Part shown: positions 1 through 17,719 of the stretch, piece after piece
How positions within the stretch are numbered: the first letter of the stretch is position 1
Layout: every line of letters begins with the position of its first letter
Source of the DNA: Bigelowiella natans CCMP2755
Lineage: Eukaryota > Protista > Cercozoa
DNA: 64,000 nucleotides
NCBI GenBank assembly: GCA_000320545.1
Contig: ADNK01001577.1
Span: 29,939 to 93,938 of the forward strand
Reading direction: 5' to 3'
Made by a program: the position numbers and the translations under genes
The notes under the pieces: model-generated
The model's input: the letters and a program-made list of their open reading frames with translations, nothing else
Databases searched by the model: none
Told to the model about the DNA's origin: nothing

Positions 1-609
1 TAGACACACACGCGCGCGGAGAAGTCACGATTTGCTCGAAGCACGGAATTGTTTGGTGGTCGCGCATTTGTGATGGCAAGGGGTTGCGTTGGGTGTTCTC
101 CTTACTGGGGAAGTGTGTTGGCGGTGAGATCCAGGAGGCTGATATTGTTGTTATTGCTGTTCTTATTGTTGTTGTTGTTGTTGTTGTTTTTGTTATCGGC
201 ATCAACATCAAGTTCAGAGTGTTTTTATGCTTTTGAGTAGAGCTGTGTTCTTTTCGAGTGATACCCAGCAGGGGGGGGGGGGGGGTAAAGTTGATTATGA
301 TGAGGAGGAGGAGGAGGAAAGGGGGGGGAGAGAGAGGGAGGAGAGCAGCACATACCCCAAGCCGACGCATATTATCATCGCAACGACAAACCCAACGCTA
401 ACCTGAAGCAACACTCACTCTCAGATATATCGCCTTTATTATTTTTCCTTGAAGCTTCCGAATGATGTATCTTGCAATAATTGTGTGCGCGCGCATGTGC
501 TTAAAGAGACTACCAGGGATTGATTCACACCAAACGGCTGCAGAGATGCTGAAGAGCTAGATATGACCTCAAACGCAGGATAATACCGAACCGCAAAGGA
601 CTGTGTATG

Positions 610-683
<74 letters not shown>

Positions 684-1357
684 TCCTTATATGTCAATAA
701 TTGCGATATTTTACTTGGTGATGATGATGATGATGATGATGATGAAAGTACCCTTCCAGTAAGAGCAATAGCCATTGCGTCCAAAGCTTGAGCGGACACC
801 TGATGGCGCACAACATACCCAACAAATCCTCTCATATCGACAAGAGACTTCTCCTTTTCAAGCACATTTTTGCATATTAGGAACAAGGCAGGGGTAAAGG
901 GCGCTGATGTAGAAATGCTGAAGGAAACGCTCTCCTCTCCCCACCCCCCCCCCGTCGTGTTGAAGGTGGCTGGCTACCGTGATCTGGGCAATGGCGAGAG
1001 ACCCCAGTGTAAGAGTTAGCATTATCAAAGCAACTTTGAATAATATAGAACATATACATGTTAAATGAATATTGTGTTTTCCATCGCTCCTTCTCTCTCT
1101 GGGAGAAAATGAGAGATTCACGAATATTGAGTCAATAATCCAACAACTTATAGACGATGCAGCAACTTTGCGGTTGGTGAGAAGATGATATGGGATTCAG
1201 CCCGCCCTGGAAATAGGCACAGTCCTTCCTCTCATTCTTATACGAATTCGTCTTATTTTTCTCTCTCCTCTGCTTCAATGCTACTACCCGTCTCCCACAC
1301 AGGTCCAAAGTGAATTCGCATAAGATCAGTAAATTCCAATTCCATCCTAAAGAGTGT

Positions 1358-1395
<38 letters not shown>

Positions 1396-1973
1396 CCGCA
1401 AGTCATCAAGCATCGATCAACGATAATCGATAGTAAACTTACTCAAAGTCGAAAGTGGCAATCTTGGTGGCGTGGATGGACTCCGCTAATATATAACCTG
1501 GTCCATTCACACACCATGTTTCAACGCTTTACATTTGCCAAACATACATATTCGTGCTACTCGTGCATTCTTACATGTCCTTGTCGTAACCCAAGCCATC
1601 ACCGCGAGCGCCATTATTCCTGGAACCAGACCGCATTCTGCTAACGTCTGGCAAGATGGGGGGTAGATGTACAAACACATACACACACAACACACACACA
1701 CACACACACACACACAAAACATAGTTACAAAACAAAACCAGAGCAAGAAACACATATTGGCTGCGAGATGTATGAATCTAATGAACGTAAGACAACAGGG
1801 CCACAAGAACAACGATCTTTAACAATATATATTAAATCATTTATCTGCCTTAGGTAAAGCCAGAAGTCCAGGGCCATTCATCGTATTCACGCACAAAATC
1901 TTTTCGAAGGGGCGGGGGAGGGGAAGAGGAGGAATTGGAAGAGGATCAATAAGTCGGTACGACATTGTCTCCA

Positions 1974-2025
<52 letters not shown>

Positions 2026-2707
2026 ATATATTCACACTCTTCATTTAGGGAAAAAAAAGGCGCACAAACAATAATTTCCTGCACGCCGAACTTGTACTTT
2101 TCCTCTGGATCTACTACTCCTCCTAGCAAAGAGGTAATGAAGATGTTGGTGAATAATGATAACAACGGTAAGAAGGATACAGGTGATAAGGATACTATTG
2201 CTGGTCGATCTGGGGTCTATATCAAAAAGGCTGGTTATTATTCGAAGATAAAGCGTATGGGGGGGGGGGGCGGGGGGGCTCGCTTCATTGTATATCGGCG
2301 ACATGGTCACTTGGTAACGTACACAAGAATAGGAAGCGCTTTCTATCACAACTTTTACCTCCCCCACCCAACGAAGAAATTGAGACTCTTGATCCAGAGA
2401 GGCTGCTACCCCCTGCATTCAGCTTGCTGCTATGGAACCCTCCACCAGTGTTGCCTCGATTCTGTTTGACCCTAATTGCAGCACCGGACAGCCCATACCA
2501 GCACAAAAAGCTTCATTTTCGGATTACACTAAAAAGCATCGATGCCTATTCTAGACAGCGAGAAGTACCTCTGACTGGCTGTAGGTATTTCTAAGAGCGG
2601 GGTCCCTTCGCCTGAACATGCACGTCACACCTTAAAACTTCACAAACACCACGCCGCCCACGCATGGCAGCCTGGCCGGCCCCACCTGCAGAGTTGGCTT
2701 TCAACAT
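1..2707 (-). CDS. Amino-acid transporter (Aa_trans/AAAP family), multi-exon, 3' part outside the window
   Basis: Exons spliced by eye give ILCVNTMNGPGLLALPK|TLAECGLVPGIMALAVMAWVTTRT..GYILAESIH..GSLAIAQITV..VSAQALDAMAIALTGR..VSVGFVVAMIICVGLG. This matches the AAAP TM1 (NTxxGxGxLALP) and TM2 (AFxxxGxVPG) pattern. 5' end uncertain. Confidence 0.72.
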
Positions 2708-3084
2708 ATTTCCGTCGATGACCACAAGGTGGGGGAACGGCCGAAAGACTGCAAGAAAGATGGATTTCCCTTCCGAGTTTGTCTTTTCGGGGGAGGGGTT
2801 GGGTCGACGTGCCACAAGGAGGCAATTTATGTCATAAACGCAGACGATTATTTCCAGAAGACATTCCAATTACCGCGAATTTATTTACTTACCCCCCGCA
2901 TTCAGCTTCACGATTCGCATTTTTATCGGCGAAACTACCAAAGGAAGTCGAAAGACTGTGCCTGCTTTGCCAGGCGAAAAAGTCAAGTTTTCCTGATGAA
3001 AACTTCATGATATTTTATGGATATTTTTAGTATAAAATTTTGTCTAAAGGACAGAGAGACGAGAGGCCCCCAGCTGAGCTCGCA

Positions 3085-7036
<3,952 letters not shown>

Positions 7037-7912
7037 TACGTAGCTCGTGGTCGCCACAAGGCCGCCTCTAGCGCCTGCATTAGTTGTTATGGCTCGATCT
7101 GTTGTGCGTGGTTGTTGCCTCTGCGCTGCTGCTATACTTCTCATTCGATCAGTAAGATAGATAATGAAATGATTACATTTTTCATTTATTCTCATCGCGA
7201 ACATATGTATATACGCGCACACATCGTCAGCATGGAATCTTCTGCTTTGCATGCTAGCATGGCTAGTAAATGGCTGCAACGCCGCGTACGTCTAGTAGGC
7301 GAATTCATGCGTAGTTCATTTTTATCCTTTGCGCCATGTAGTAGTCTACGCCCAGTGCTAGCAGTAATATGCAATATAAATTGCCGCCGATCTTAAGATT
7401 TGTGTGCAGCGATGAATGAATCTCTTTACAAGTATACGTACTAGCTAGCTAGCGTATAGCATAGCAGGAAGCATGCACGATCGACGCAAGCTATAGCAAC
7501 CAGGCAAGCATGCAGCTGTATGCGCGCTAGCGCGTACCTAGGTATGACAAAAAAAATGGATCCCTTGCGTCCACATGCTAGCATGGCTGTAGTGGCATGC
7601 TACACTAGTATATCTCAAGATGACGCCTTCATCAGCTAGTTATTTGCAAAACCAGACCTAGCAAACATCTAGATATGCCATGCTAGCACACAGCATGCTC
7701 ACTGCGATGTACTACTAATCGTATCATCCATCATCATGCGGGGTCGCTGGCAACTGGGCTCGCACACAGCGGTTCTAACTTCTACCCGCTATGCTTTGTT
7801 CCCCCACCGAAACAACCCAAGGACGCACTAGAACGAAATCTGCAATGCCTACCACGCGCTCTGTTACCAACGCACACACGACGCTGTCAAGCTGCTCTTT
7901 CCACCACCAATT

Positions 7913-8049
7913 CTACGAGTACGTGACCAGGTGAGCGATGAGGACCACGGCCACCATTTGCACTAATAACCTGTATATCATTACACCCAGCAGGCAAGGG
8001 AGACGCATTCACATCAGCACCCACCACGTTGGAAAGCATAGTGCGAGGG

Positions 8050-8084
<35 letters not shown>

Positions 8085-9705
8085 GGGGGGGGAGAGAGAG
8101 AGAGAGAGCGATCTTTTTCTCCCACGGATTATTCGATGCATAGCTCTGAGCACAATGCGACACTCACTCACCTCACGACGCCTTGTACACAGCCGTGAGA
8201 TGCCTCCGGCTCTATCGTTGCATCAACAGGGATGAGCACATACGACTTATCCATCGACGCCGACACCTGAAGAACAACAAAACGGCAAGAGAAACACGGC
8301 TTCATATGACTGCACAACACTTACGTACAGAGTCGTAGTAAGTATCAATAAACATAGATATGAGTGTTAAATACATTACAGATCACGTACCAAAGTGTCA
8401 CCAGCGCTTGTGAAGCATAGCGCCGTGCCTGAGTTATAACGCGCACAAATTTCTTCCCGTTAGCACAAGTTGACAAAGACCGCTCTCCGCACTCGATCCA
8501 CGACATTATCTTAGCATCCCCCCCCCCCCTCCCCCCCTTCCCAAATGATAGATGCCTGGGGTTTTGGCTGATTGACCTGGCAGGTGGTGGCAGTTCTTTA
8601 CCTCCCTGATTCGAGCCATCGTCAGCGTATTGATGACCTGAGGAAAACAACCGCGTTGATGCCATGAAAAATATGAGCATCACTCATCCTCCCCTCCCTC
8701 CTCTGCACAGACAAACAGTACATAACAACAATGCACAGGCACGACGGGTCAATATTCTATCCTTGTAGAGTCGTAAGAGGCCAACTCCTCCCCAAAGACG
8801 CGCAAAACGAGGCTGCAAGCGATGTCGCGGATAAAAATCGCCGGTACTCCTCTAGCACTGACTCTTTTGCTAGCAACCACCTCCCTCCCCGATTTGTCTA
8901 AGGCCGATGCTTGTTGTTGCCATTGGAATCAGCCACCCCCTCCCCTCCCCCCCTCTTCTTCTTTCTCTCGTCAAGATCATCATTTTGTGATGATTTATTT
9001 TTTCATCATCAATCAATACGAATACGCCTCATGAGCTATACACTCACCACAACTGAGCCCTGGCTAGTGTTAAGAGCTACCGACACCCCGTCATTGCTGG
9101 TTTTCATGATGCGACAGGCATTTCAAACAAATAACGCTCATCAGGGGAAAGCAAATCGAGGAGAGCACGATCAAAGGAGGCAACATGCTTGTGCGCTTGT
9201 ATTCGCTACCTGACCGAACACGATGTCACGGTCTCTTGAATCGCGCGCACAAGGCCAACAATCTTGTACTCGTTGTTTTCGGTGCTAACTTTGGCCAGAT
9301 AGCTCCACCCATTTCGCGCGGTTTCGACCTGGGGAGGAAGGGGGAAATTGGGGGGGGGGGGGGGGGGGTCAAAAAGACAACAACGCCCCCCAAAAGTCCT
9401 CCTCTCTCCCGCTTTGAATCATCAACGCAGCACCTGCTCAGCATCATCATCATCGTCGCTGCCATCTCCCGTTGTGCTCTGAGGCTGCATTTTATCGGTT
9501 GTGGAGGAGGTCGTTTCTGGGCCGTGTTTCTTCGGGGGAATGACCGTCCACGAATCGATGGGCTCAAACGACTCTCCCACAGAATCAGTCAGAAACGCGT
9601 ACACCTGCATTGTAGGCGGAGAAATGAAGAGATGGCGATGATGATGCTGCTGATGCTGCTGACAATGATGATAATATTCTACGAAACCATTTCAAGCAGG
9701 GATGG

Positions 9706-9751
<46 letters not shown>

Positions 9752-10370
9752 CACTGCCCTCCATGCTGACGGCGATTTCCGACCCGCACGGATGCTCAGC
9801 GATGCAGTTGACTAGCTTATCGTTGCTATCAAACGTAGCAAACGGCACCAGAGCACAGTTCGGCCTCACATCGTAGATCTTGATGCCGCTGCCCACCCCC
9901 ATTCCTTGGAGGAAAACAATGGTAGGAAGGAAGAGAGTTTGACACGATCAGATTGGGAGGATGTGAAGAAGAATGGAATCGTATCATCACTATCATCAGC
10001 AGCAGGAGAAGGATAATCATGAAGTCTATCACCTGCCATGCCCCCTCCCCCCGCCAGGGCAATCCTCCCATTCTTCATCCCAATTCCGGCGAAAATGGGG
10101 AGGTCGTCCTTCCAGTGTATCAAATCCTCCCCCTCAGAACGAGAACCTGTATTGAGGTTTTATGCCGTGCAGATGTTAAGTCGGGTGAGCGGGGTGGGGG
10201 AGGGATTTGAAACCCAGATCTTCTCTATGATTTAGAACACCGAAAGCTAAACCCCCCCCCCCCCCCCCACACCCCCCTTCGCCGAATTTAATAGCATTAC
10301 CACATCCGCAGTTACGACCGCTAGGTGGTAGGGGGACCATCATCTTCTTTCTTTCTCCCGGATCAGCCAT
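7913..10370 (-). CDS. SEC12: Sec12/PREB-like WD40 Sar1 GEF with C-terminal transmembrane anchor
   Basis: LPIFAGIGMKNGRIALAGGGGMA..NGVGSGIKIYDV (K-loop GGGG motif), WD-like exons (VNCIAEHPCGSEIAV; VKNCHHLP; VSASMDKSYVLIPV) and last exon LLVQMVAVVLIAHLVTYS-stop (TM). Confidence 0.75.
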
Positions 10371-12394
10371 TTTGTAGCTGTGTGGTGGTGGTGATGATGA
10401 TGATGATGATGATGAATTTGATGAATTTGATGATGACGAGGAGGACGATGCGTGTGTGCGTGTGCTGTGTGGAAAAATAACAATAAGACTAAAAACATGC
10501 GAAACTGTAACTTGATACTCGTACGATATACCACACACACACTCTATCCCTCCCCCCCCCCCCCTTCTCTCTGGTAAAGACCAAAACGATGCATGCATAA
10601 ATATAACAAAGTCTGTTGGGCGAGGAGGAGGACTGACAGCATACCTTCCGACCTCCCTCGGAACAGGCCCGAGGCCATAGAATGGAGATCCAGCGGTAGA
10701 GAACTCAGACAACGATGGGAAACCGTCCTTTGAACCCGAAGCAAATGACGACGTTAACGTCTTAATGTCGCTATCGATTGAGGTGTTGGAGGGCAGCATC
10801 CTTGCCCGTCTCTCCGAAGAAGAAGATGGCGGGACAATCTGAACGACGACACGATGGGAGGATGATTGAGAGCATGAAATGGCGATGCTGGTGGCTGCGT
10901 TCTTCTTCTTCTTCTTTTTCATCATCATCATCATCTTCTTCTTCTTCTTCTTCTTCATCTTCTTCTTCTTCGTCGTTGTCATCTCTGCTGTGTTTTATTG
11001 AACGACTCTACGAATGCGTATTGGATGCACACACACACACACACACAACGCAAGTACCTTTCCAGGCGTAAGCGGTTTCGCGGGAGAAGGTGTCGGTTTG
11101 AAGCCTGGGGGAGGGGCATCTGAAGGCGGTTGTTGTTGTTGTTGTTGTTGTTGGGAGGATGGCGGAAGTTTGCTTGGGGAGAAGCTTGTCGCCGATTTCT
11201 GACTTCTCGTTGGAGGGGCTCCTACTCCTTTCTCACCATTCACCAACGCAGCAGCCTTATTCACTGACTCGGCCTGTTCCGCCCCTGCCCCCTCTCCATC
11301 GTGGTTCTTCGTCATCTTCTTCTCCTCCTTTTTTTCGGTCGTTGGGGGGGCCGAGCGGTTCGGGGGAAGACCCCTTAACCTTCCTCCAGCAGTCCGGCGT
11401 GGGGGAACCATCACTCCTCTGGGAGGGCCTATTCTCCCTTTCAACAGGGGGCGGGGGGCCGGCCCCCCGCCCTTCCGCAGCGCCGCCGGTGTTTTCCTCG
11501 GCGGTGCTGCGAAGCGGGAAGGGGGCGGAAAGGGGGAGCTCTTCGACGCTGCTGAGGGTAGCAGCCCGTTTTGTTTGGGGGGGGGGAGACCAGCACCGCG
11601 GGGGGGTGGAAGCCCTCCTCCGCCGCCTCCTCCTAAGACAGGGTTAGCGTTGTTAGGAGTGGGGGCAATGACTGCTGCATTTTTATTAGCGGACAAGTCA
11701 CCCTGCCCCATCCCCTGCGCCGGTGTTTCTTTTTTTGGAGGGTTTGTAGGGTTGAGGGCAGGGGTAGGCGCTGCTGGCATTGCTGCTGTGCTGCTCTTGC
11801 CTCCCCCTCTCTCCGTGTTCTCGCCACCATTCTTTTCCTCCTCTTGCTCCGATTCGTTTGCCTTCTTCTCGCTGTTGGTACTATCTCCGTCGTTGCCAGT
11901 CTTCGCGTCCTTTTCTTCTTTGTCCTTTGCAGGATCTCCACTGCCGCTAAGGTTGCTGCTTGCAGCCTTCAGGCTGCTACTGCTGCCTTCCCCCTCAGGC
12001 TTTGCACTTTGATCATCGCTACTCTTTCCTGTCGTTGGAGGTGGCAGGGGGCGCGGGGTCATCTTCGCTCCTCGGAAGGAGGCAGGAGGAGCCCTCCCTC
12101 TCATCATCGGCTGCCCCCTCAGCATCGGTTTTCGCATAGAAGGCGGCATGCCTCGAAGGGGGGGGGGCATCATTCTTCCGCCGCGTTGAGCGGCTGTGCC
12201 TGGCCGCTGAGGCGGAGATCCTAAGAAAAATGGAAGGGGAGAAAAAGGGGGGGGGGGAAAAAAGGGGAGGGGAATTTAAAACAATCTTCTAAAGCCCTGT
12301 CACAAAGTAAAATCGGTAGCGTTTTTCACTGCAGATCTCAATATTTCCGCCTTGTTATTGTTTCATAGTTATATCTGGTTGAAACACTATATTT

Positions 12395-12425
<31 letters not shown>

Positions 12426-13821
12426 CTCCAAAGGCCCTGAATGGCCCTGCCAATGGACTCGTTCGTATGGAGCCGCTGCTTTCATTGCTTAGCGGCTTCT
12501 TTGGGGTAGAGGGATTAGGTGGCAGCATGCCACTAGAGCCTGAGGTGGGGGGGGGGGAGGGGGGGAGGATAATAATCATATCCATTGTTTCTGTCGTTTT
12601 CATGGAGAATTGGACTTTGGAAGAGAGAGAGGGAGAGAGAGAGAGAGTATTGTATTAGCCAGGAGAGCATCATACCAACCCTCACCCCACTATCATGTCC
12701 ACAACACTCGAAAAGCGAGAGAATAGATCCATATAAACTCACCGCCTTGGACGGCAGCCGTAGAGGGGTTGTCGTCCTTCTTCACTGGTGCTGCTATGGC
12801 CTCCTTCTTATCGCTTTTCTCATCAGCTTGACTATTTTTCGCTCCATCGCTATTCTTAGGTGCTTCCTCACCGATATTGAGAGGCTCGGCCCCCTCAGAA
12901 TCAGAATCTTGGGCAGGAACAGATGTCCCCTTCTTGCTTTTATCGTTACTACTATCGTTCTTTGCGTTGATCCCATCGGCCTTCTCCCCCCCCCCATCAC
13001 TAGCAATGGGTGTCTGATTTATGGGCTGCATAATCGTCGCCTTAGGGGCTGGTGCTGACGAGGAAGTCGATGATGATGACTGGATATTGGTGGGTGGTGA
13101 TTGGAAGGGGGAGAAGGAGGAGGAGGAGGGGGTTGCCGAGGAAGGAGGGGGTACTTTTTGTGCGCCCATGGTTGGAGGCATTGCTGCGGAGGAGGACGAT
13201 GCTTCTACCGCGGGGGGGGGAGGGCCTGTGGTAACTCCCCCAGATCTTGGGGGTGGGGCAGCTAGTTTTCTCATCGGCCGGCTTGTGAACGGAGAAGCTC
13301 CAAATCCACGGAATTTCGAACGCGTTGAGGAGGCAGGAGGGGCTAATGCAGCTCGGGGTCTCGCTACAGGTTTCTTCTTGGGCATTGCATTGCGCACACG
13401 TGGTTTGGGTGCATTGCGGAGCTGAGGACGTGGCTTTCCCCGCAATAACGTAGCTCCACCTACGAAAAGGTTGGAGGTGGGAAGACTACTAATCGAAGGC
13501 ATCGGAGAGGTTCATGACTAAACCAGAGGCATCGGTGAACACAAGCGTGTGTTATTAAATGGGGAGGGGGGGGGGGGGGGGGGGGGTTCACATTTTTTTT
13601 TTTATGCATATGAAAATGCTGCCGCTGAACGAGACTTGGCGTGCGATTATTAATCGTTTGGGATATGAACCGAAAACAGCAAAGTTATCCATCTATCGCA
13701 ACAAACCTCCCGGTCTCGCAGCAGGGAGTCCTCCACCGGGGCGAGGCGGCGGCATACCGCCACCCCCTCCTGGGCCACGGGGAGGGGGCAAGCCTCCGGG
13801 ACGTTTCGGAGGCATAGACAT
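10371..13821 (-). CDS. Pro/Gly/Arg-rich low-complexity coding exons, possibly the N-terminal extension of the Sec12-like gene
   Basis: ATG at 13821 (MSMPPKRPGGLPPPRGPGGGG). Long ORFs 12693-13502 and 10995-12173 are joined by phase-compatible GT-AG introns, and no stop is needed before the Sec12 exons. Confidence 0.7.
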
Positions 13822-15275
13822 TCTGCTTTTTTTGGAGATTCGTCAGTCGAGCCTACCTTTTTCAAAAGAAAATGATAGCAGAATGTTGTCCAATTAGTTT
13901 GCTACAGTTGAGTGACTTAAATAGAAGAGAACATAGCCTAGCCCTCACGTCCCGTGGATAAAAGTAAATAGCTAATGCCGCTAAATGTAACGCAGACGAA
14001 TCGCATCTAACCACAGCCTATACTGAATCGCAGAATAAATTTTAAAGTTGTTTCCACTTCCTTTCCCGACTCGCATGCAGGATATGCATTAACGCTTAAC
14101 ACTCAATGTGGTTCATCAACCAGGAATTTCTAAAACCCAAGGGGATATCCGAAAAAATGAAGAACGGGAAAGCACGATTCGATTATAAATTAAATATTTA
14201 ATCATAGCCTAACCCCCCCCCCCCCCCACCACCACTACCTCCTGTACCTTGATGACGTTGCAAGTGCCTCCCTGTCTGTACGCTAGAAGCCGTGAGTTTT
14301 GGATTTGAAATATTAAATTTCATTTGTCGCTAATGTATTATTACCTTTGTTGCATAAGTTTCCGGTTGGTCACGGACATTGAAGTGCCGTTTGTTTTCTC
14401 AACTCCGTCAACTTAAATTTGTTGTCGATGTTAATTGTATTGATATAAATTACAAAGCCGATAAATTAACAACATCTTCGAAATTTCTCTGATTTCCACA
14501 ACAAAAGGCCATCGGCGATGCTAATCTTCCTTGTTTATTTTCATTTTTCTAACTGGCTAGTTTTGAAATTTATAAATCGGCTAGCCGCATTTTCTAAAAT
14601 TGCAGCCTATTTTTTCGTTGCCGAAAAGTTTGAAAAATATCATTTACAATTATGATAATTAGGTGAATTCACCAAGTCCATAATCATTGTATTATTCCAA
14701 CCTATCATGCACATCTGTAAAGATGACATTGAACAAATATAGGATATTTCATGAATATTTATGCTAATTCACGTAGAATAGTTGAAATTCGACCGGAAAA
14801 GCAACCCCGTATTTTTTCGTAGATGGCCACACTAAATGTCTACGGATGAAGTAGCGCAGTCGCTCCCAACCTTGGTCATTTCCTATACCAATGATGAATT
14901 TTCAATGTAATTTAAACATATACAGCCGACATTGCACAAAATCATGATAATTTTCACGCCAATTATGAAATATATATTTTATTACCGGAACTACGGGTAA
15001 AATCTACGGATGAATGAAACGCTGGATTAAAAATGTGTACATTTTATAGTGCTTTTATGATATACGTCAAGTATATTTGGCACATTTTGCGGATGATGAA
15101 ATGGAACATGATTCTGTAGAATTTTTGGATGAGCTTTATGAAACCGCAAAGTTTATTTTATGGAAAAAACTCTTGACGACTTGTAAAACCACGAATATTT
15201 GACCTATATTATCGCCTAATTTTGTACCTTTACAATTGAATAAAATATACTAGATCTGAAAGATACTCGTTAGAA

Positions 15276-16379
15276 ATGGCTCCTCTACGCCTCTCCACCC
15301 TCTCGCTCCTTTTTCTGGTTCTATTTCAAGCCACACTCGCTGTAACAAGCAACTCAAAGTCTAAAAATAAGGTACAACTACACCATCTTAGAAACTTACA
15401 TCATTTCGGACTTTGTTATAAGTTACGTTTTTATTTCAATCATGCAGTTGGGGGAGTTTAAAACATCCCAGCATTATTGTCCTTACTATGTTCTCATTTC
15501 CTTTTGATTTATAACTTCATACAATTCCACTTGTTTGTATTCTCCAGTTTTCTGGATCAACCTTTTTAGCTGCTGGGTCTCCTGAATACACGGACTCATA
15601 TGACACAACCTATGGAGAAGCATACGCTGATGAACCCTCATATGGCCTCGAAGATGATACCACCTTCGATGAATACCGCTTCAAAAGGTGCGATGCGTAA
15701 GAATTTAAAAAATGAAAGGACATGCATGTACTATAAACTTTGCAGTCCTGCATCATCATTTTTTTTATCCCACCATACCATGTATCTCATAATTTTCTTC
15801 TCTTTCTCAGCCCCGTTGTCCGTAGAAGAAGGCGCAATTTGATGGAGACGGAGACTAGCGCTAACTCCCAATCCAATTCTCAATCACATTCACAGTCACA
15901 GTCAGGGGCAGGAATTGATCCAGTATGTCAAGCTGATAGCATTTCCTGAAATAACTAGTTCATGAAAATCAATTGCTTGCGAAATGAGTTCTCAGAATTT
16001 GATTGCTCTGAATCTATAACTCATTGTATTTTCTGCTTGTATTTGATGTGCTCTACAAAAAAAGTCTGCTCTAATGGGAGGAAGCTCCTCGCAGGGCTTT
16101 ATGGGATATCCCTTGTCAACCTGGCTCTTGATTGGGCTCGTCGTTTCTGTCATCGCAATTCTATGCGTAGTCGGTATTTTCTTCTTCCGCAAGCATTTGG
16201 CAGCTGTGATCTCGTGCGTCGAGAACTCAATTTGGTATACGATCAAATATATGTGCATTCTCCCTGTTCAATATTTGATTCGGGGCTTGCGATGGGCCTC
16301 CTACCCAATTAAGGAGGGCTGTGTAGACTGCTGTAACAGCGTCAACAACTATTACAAGCCGTACAAGATTACGAGTTGA
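15276..16379 (+). CDS. Small type-I membrane protein of unknown function (signal peptide, acidic/Ser-Gln linker, one TM, Cys-containing tail)
   Basis: MAPLRLSTLSLLFLVLFQATLA signal peptide; internal exons ~15549-15688 and ~15811-15923; last exon with TM LSTWLLIGLVVSVIAILCVVGIFFF. Confidence 0.65.
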
Positions 16380-17719
16380 GATAACTAAGGGAGTCGATGA
16401 ACGTTGTCCAAATCCACTTTAAAACAAATGATTCTAGATGGGCATAAGGACTAGTGAGTCCGAGCGTTCAGACTGCACCGCGTAGATCTTCATCGAGCTA
16501 GTTGGAGCTCAGAATTTAATGATGAGACGATGCATATTCCATGTGCCGTGAGTATGTGTACAATTGTATTTTTGTAGTAAATAATTTTCGACACTTATTG
16601 CGATAATTAATTGACGAACGACATTTGCATGCATCTTGACGTTTGTGAGATCGAACCACATTGTGTAGGCTATGTGAGTTGCACAGCATAATATCGCAGC
16701 GCATGCGATGCATCGATGACAAACGAAAATGGAATGATACGATGTGCGCGCAAGCTAGATGCGTTGTGTTGCTCATAGTGACACTGCCACAAGTAGCATA
16801 GGCGAATTGCGCAATACAAGTGTTCTAGCAGGAGCTAGAGCCGAAAATTCTGACAATCATCATGCGGTGTGATCTAGCTGTGCATGCTAGTGCGGCCACG
16901 CACGATCAATAAGTGAACCTGACGTGACGACGCAATGAGATCGCGCACCTGAAACACACCACAATTGAGCACATGACCATCCTGATGGGCATGTAGCCGG
17001 GAACTCTAGGCATGACGAAAATTATAAAATGATCACGTACATATACGTGTAGCTGCGAAATTGCATGAGTGAAGTGCCTTCGAAATTTTGCGGGATTTGA
17101 CTTTAGGCCTCAAATTTTGTCACAAATTGACCTCCAGCAGATTCAAAAATTGAGTTTTTTTTCTCGATCTAAGCCAAAACGTATTTTTTGCACACAAATC
17201 ATGCAGTGCCGCTACATATTATAGGGAGCTAAAGTCCCTATACGTGTAGGCCGTCTACGACATGTGTACATCGTATACTTCACATGTACCCTTAGCTACA
17301 CATGTGCCGGGCTTAAAGTCCCTATAATATTGCTTCAATTCTTGCAGGAATCGAAACATGCGAAACCGTGAAATCTCCGGGTTTCGCCTAAAGTTTTGGG
17401 CTACACTGCGCTCCAACAATTGCATGCATGCTTCAGCAGGTCACCATGCATCACTTGATGAACACGCACGGCACCTCCGCTCATGATTTGCACAGCTACA
17501 TGAGGATGGAGACCATTGAACAAACATAATTTGATTCATTACATCCTTCTTACATTTGGCATGTTGATTGTTATTGCATATGTGCGTTGAGAACCGCACG
17601 CACCAGCCTCTGTACACAGCCACCTTATCATTCACAAAAATTAAAAATACTCGTAATGGGCCGGAAAATCCGATTTTGACAATGCTAGTCGTTATAGTTG
17701 GATGACAAATTGGGACCCC

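Noticed and set aside
13900-15270. AT-rich intergenic block with a short repeated word (TCTACGGATGAA at ~14820 and ~15003) as a DNA transposon
   Set aside because: No terminal inverted repeats, TSD or coding remnant could be identified.
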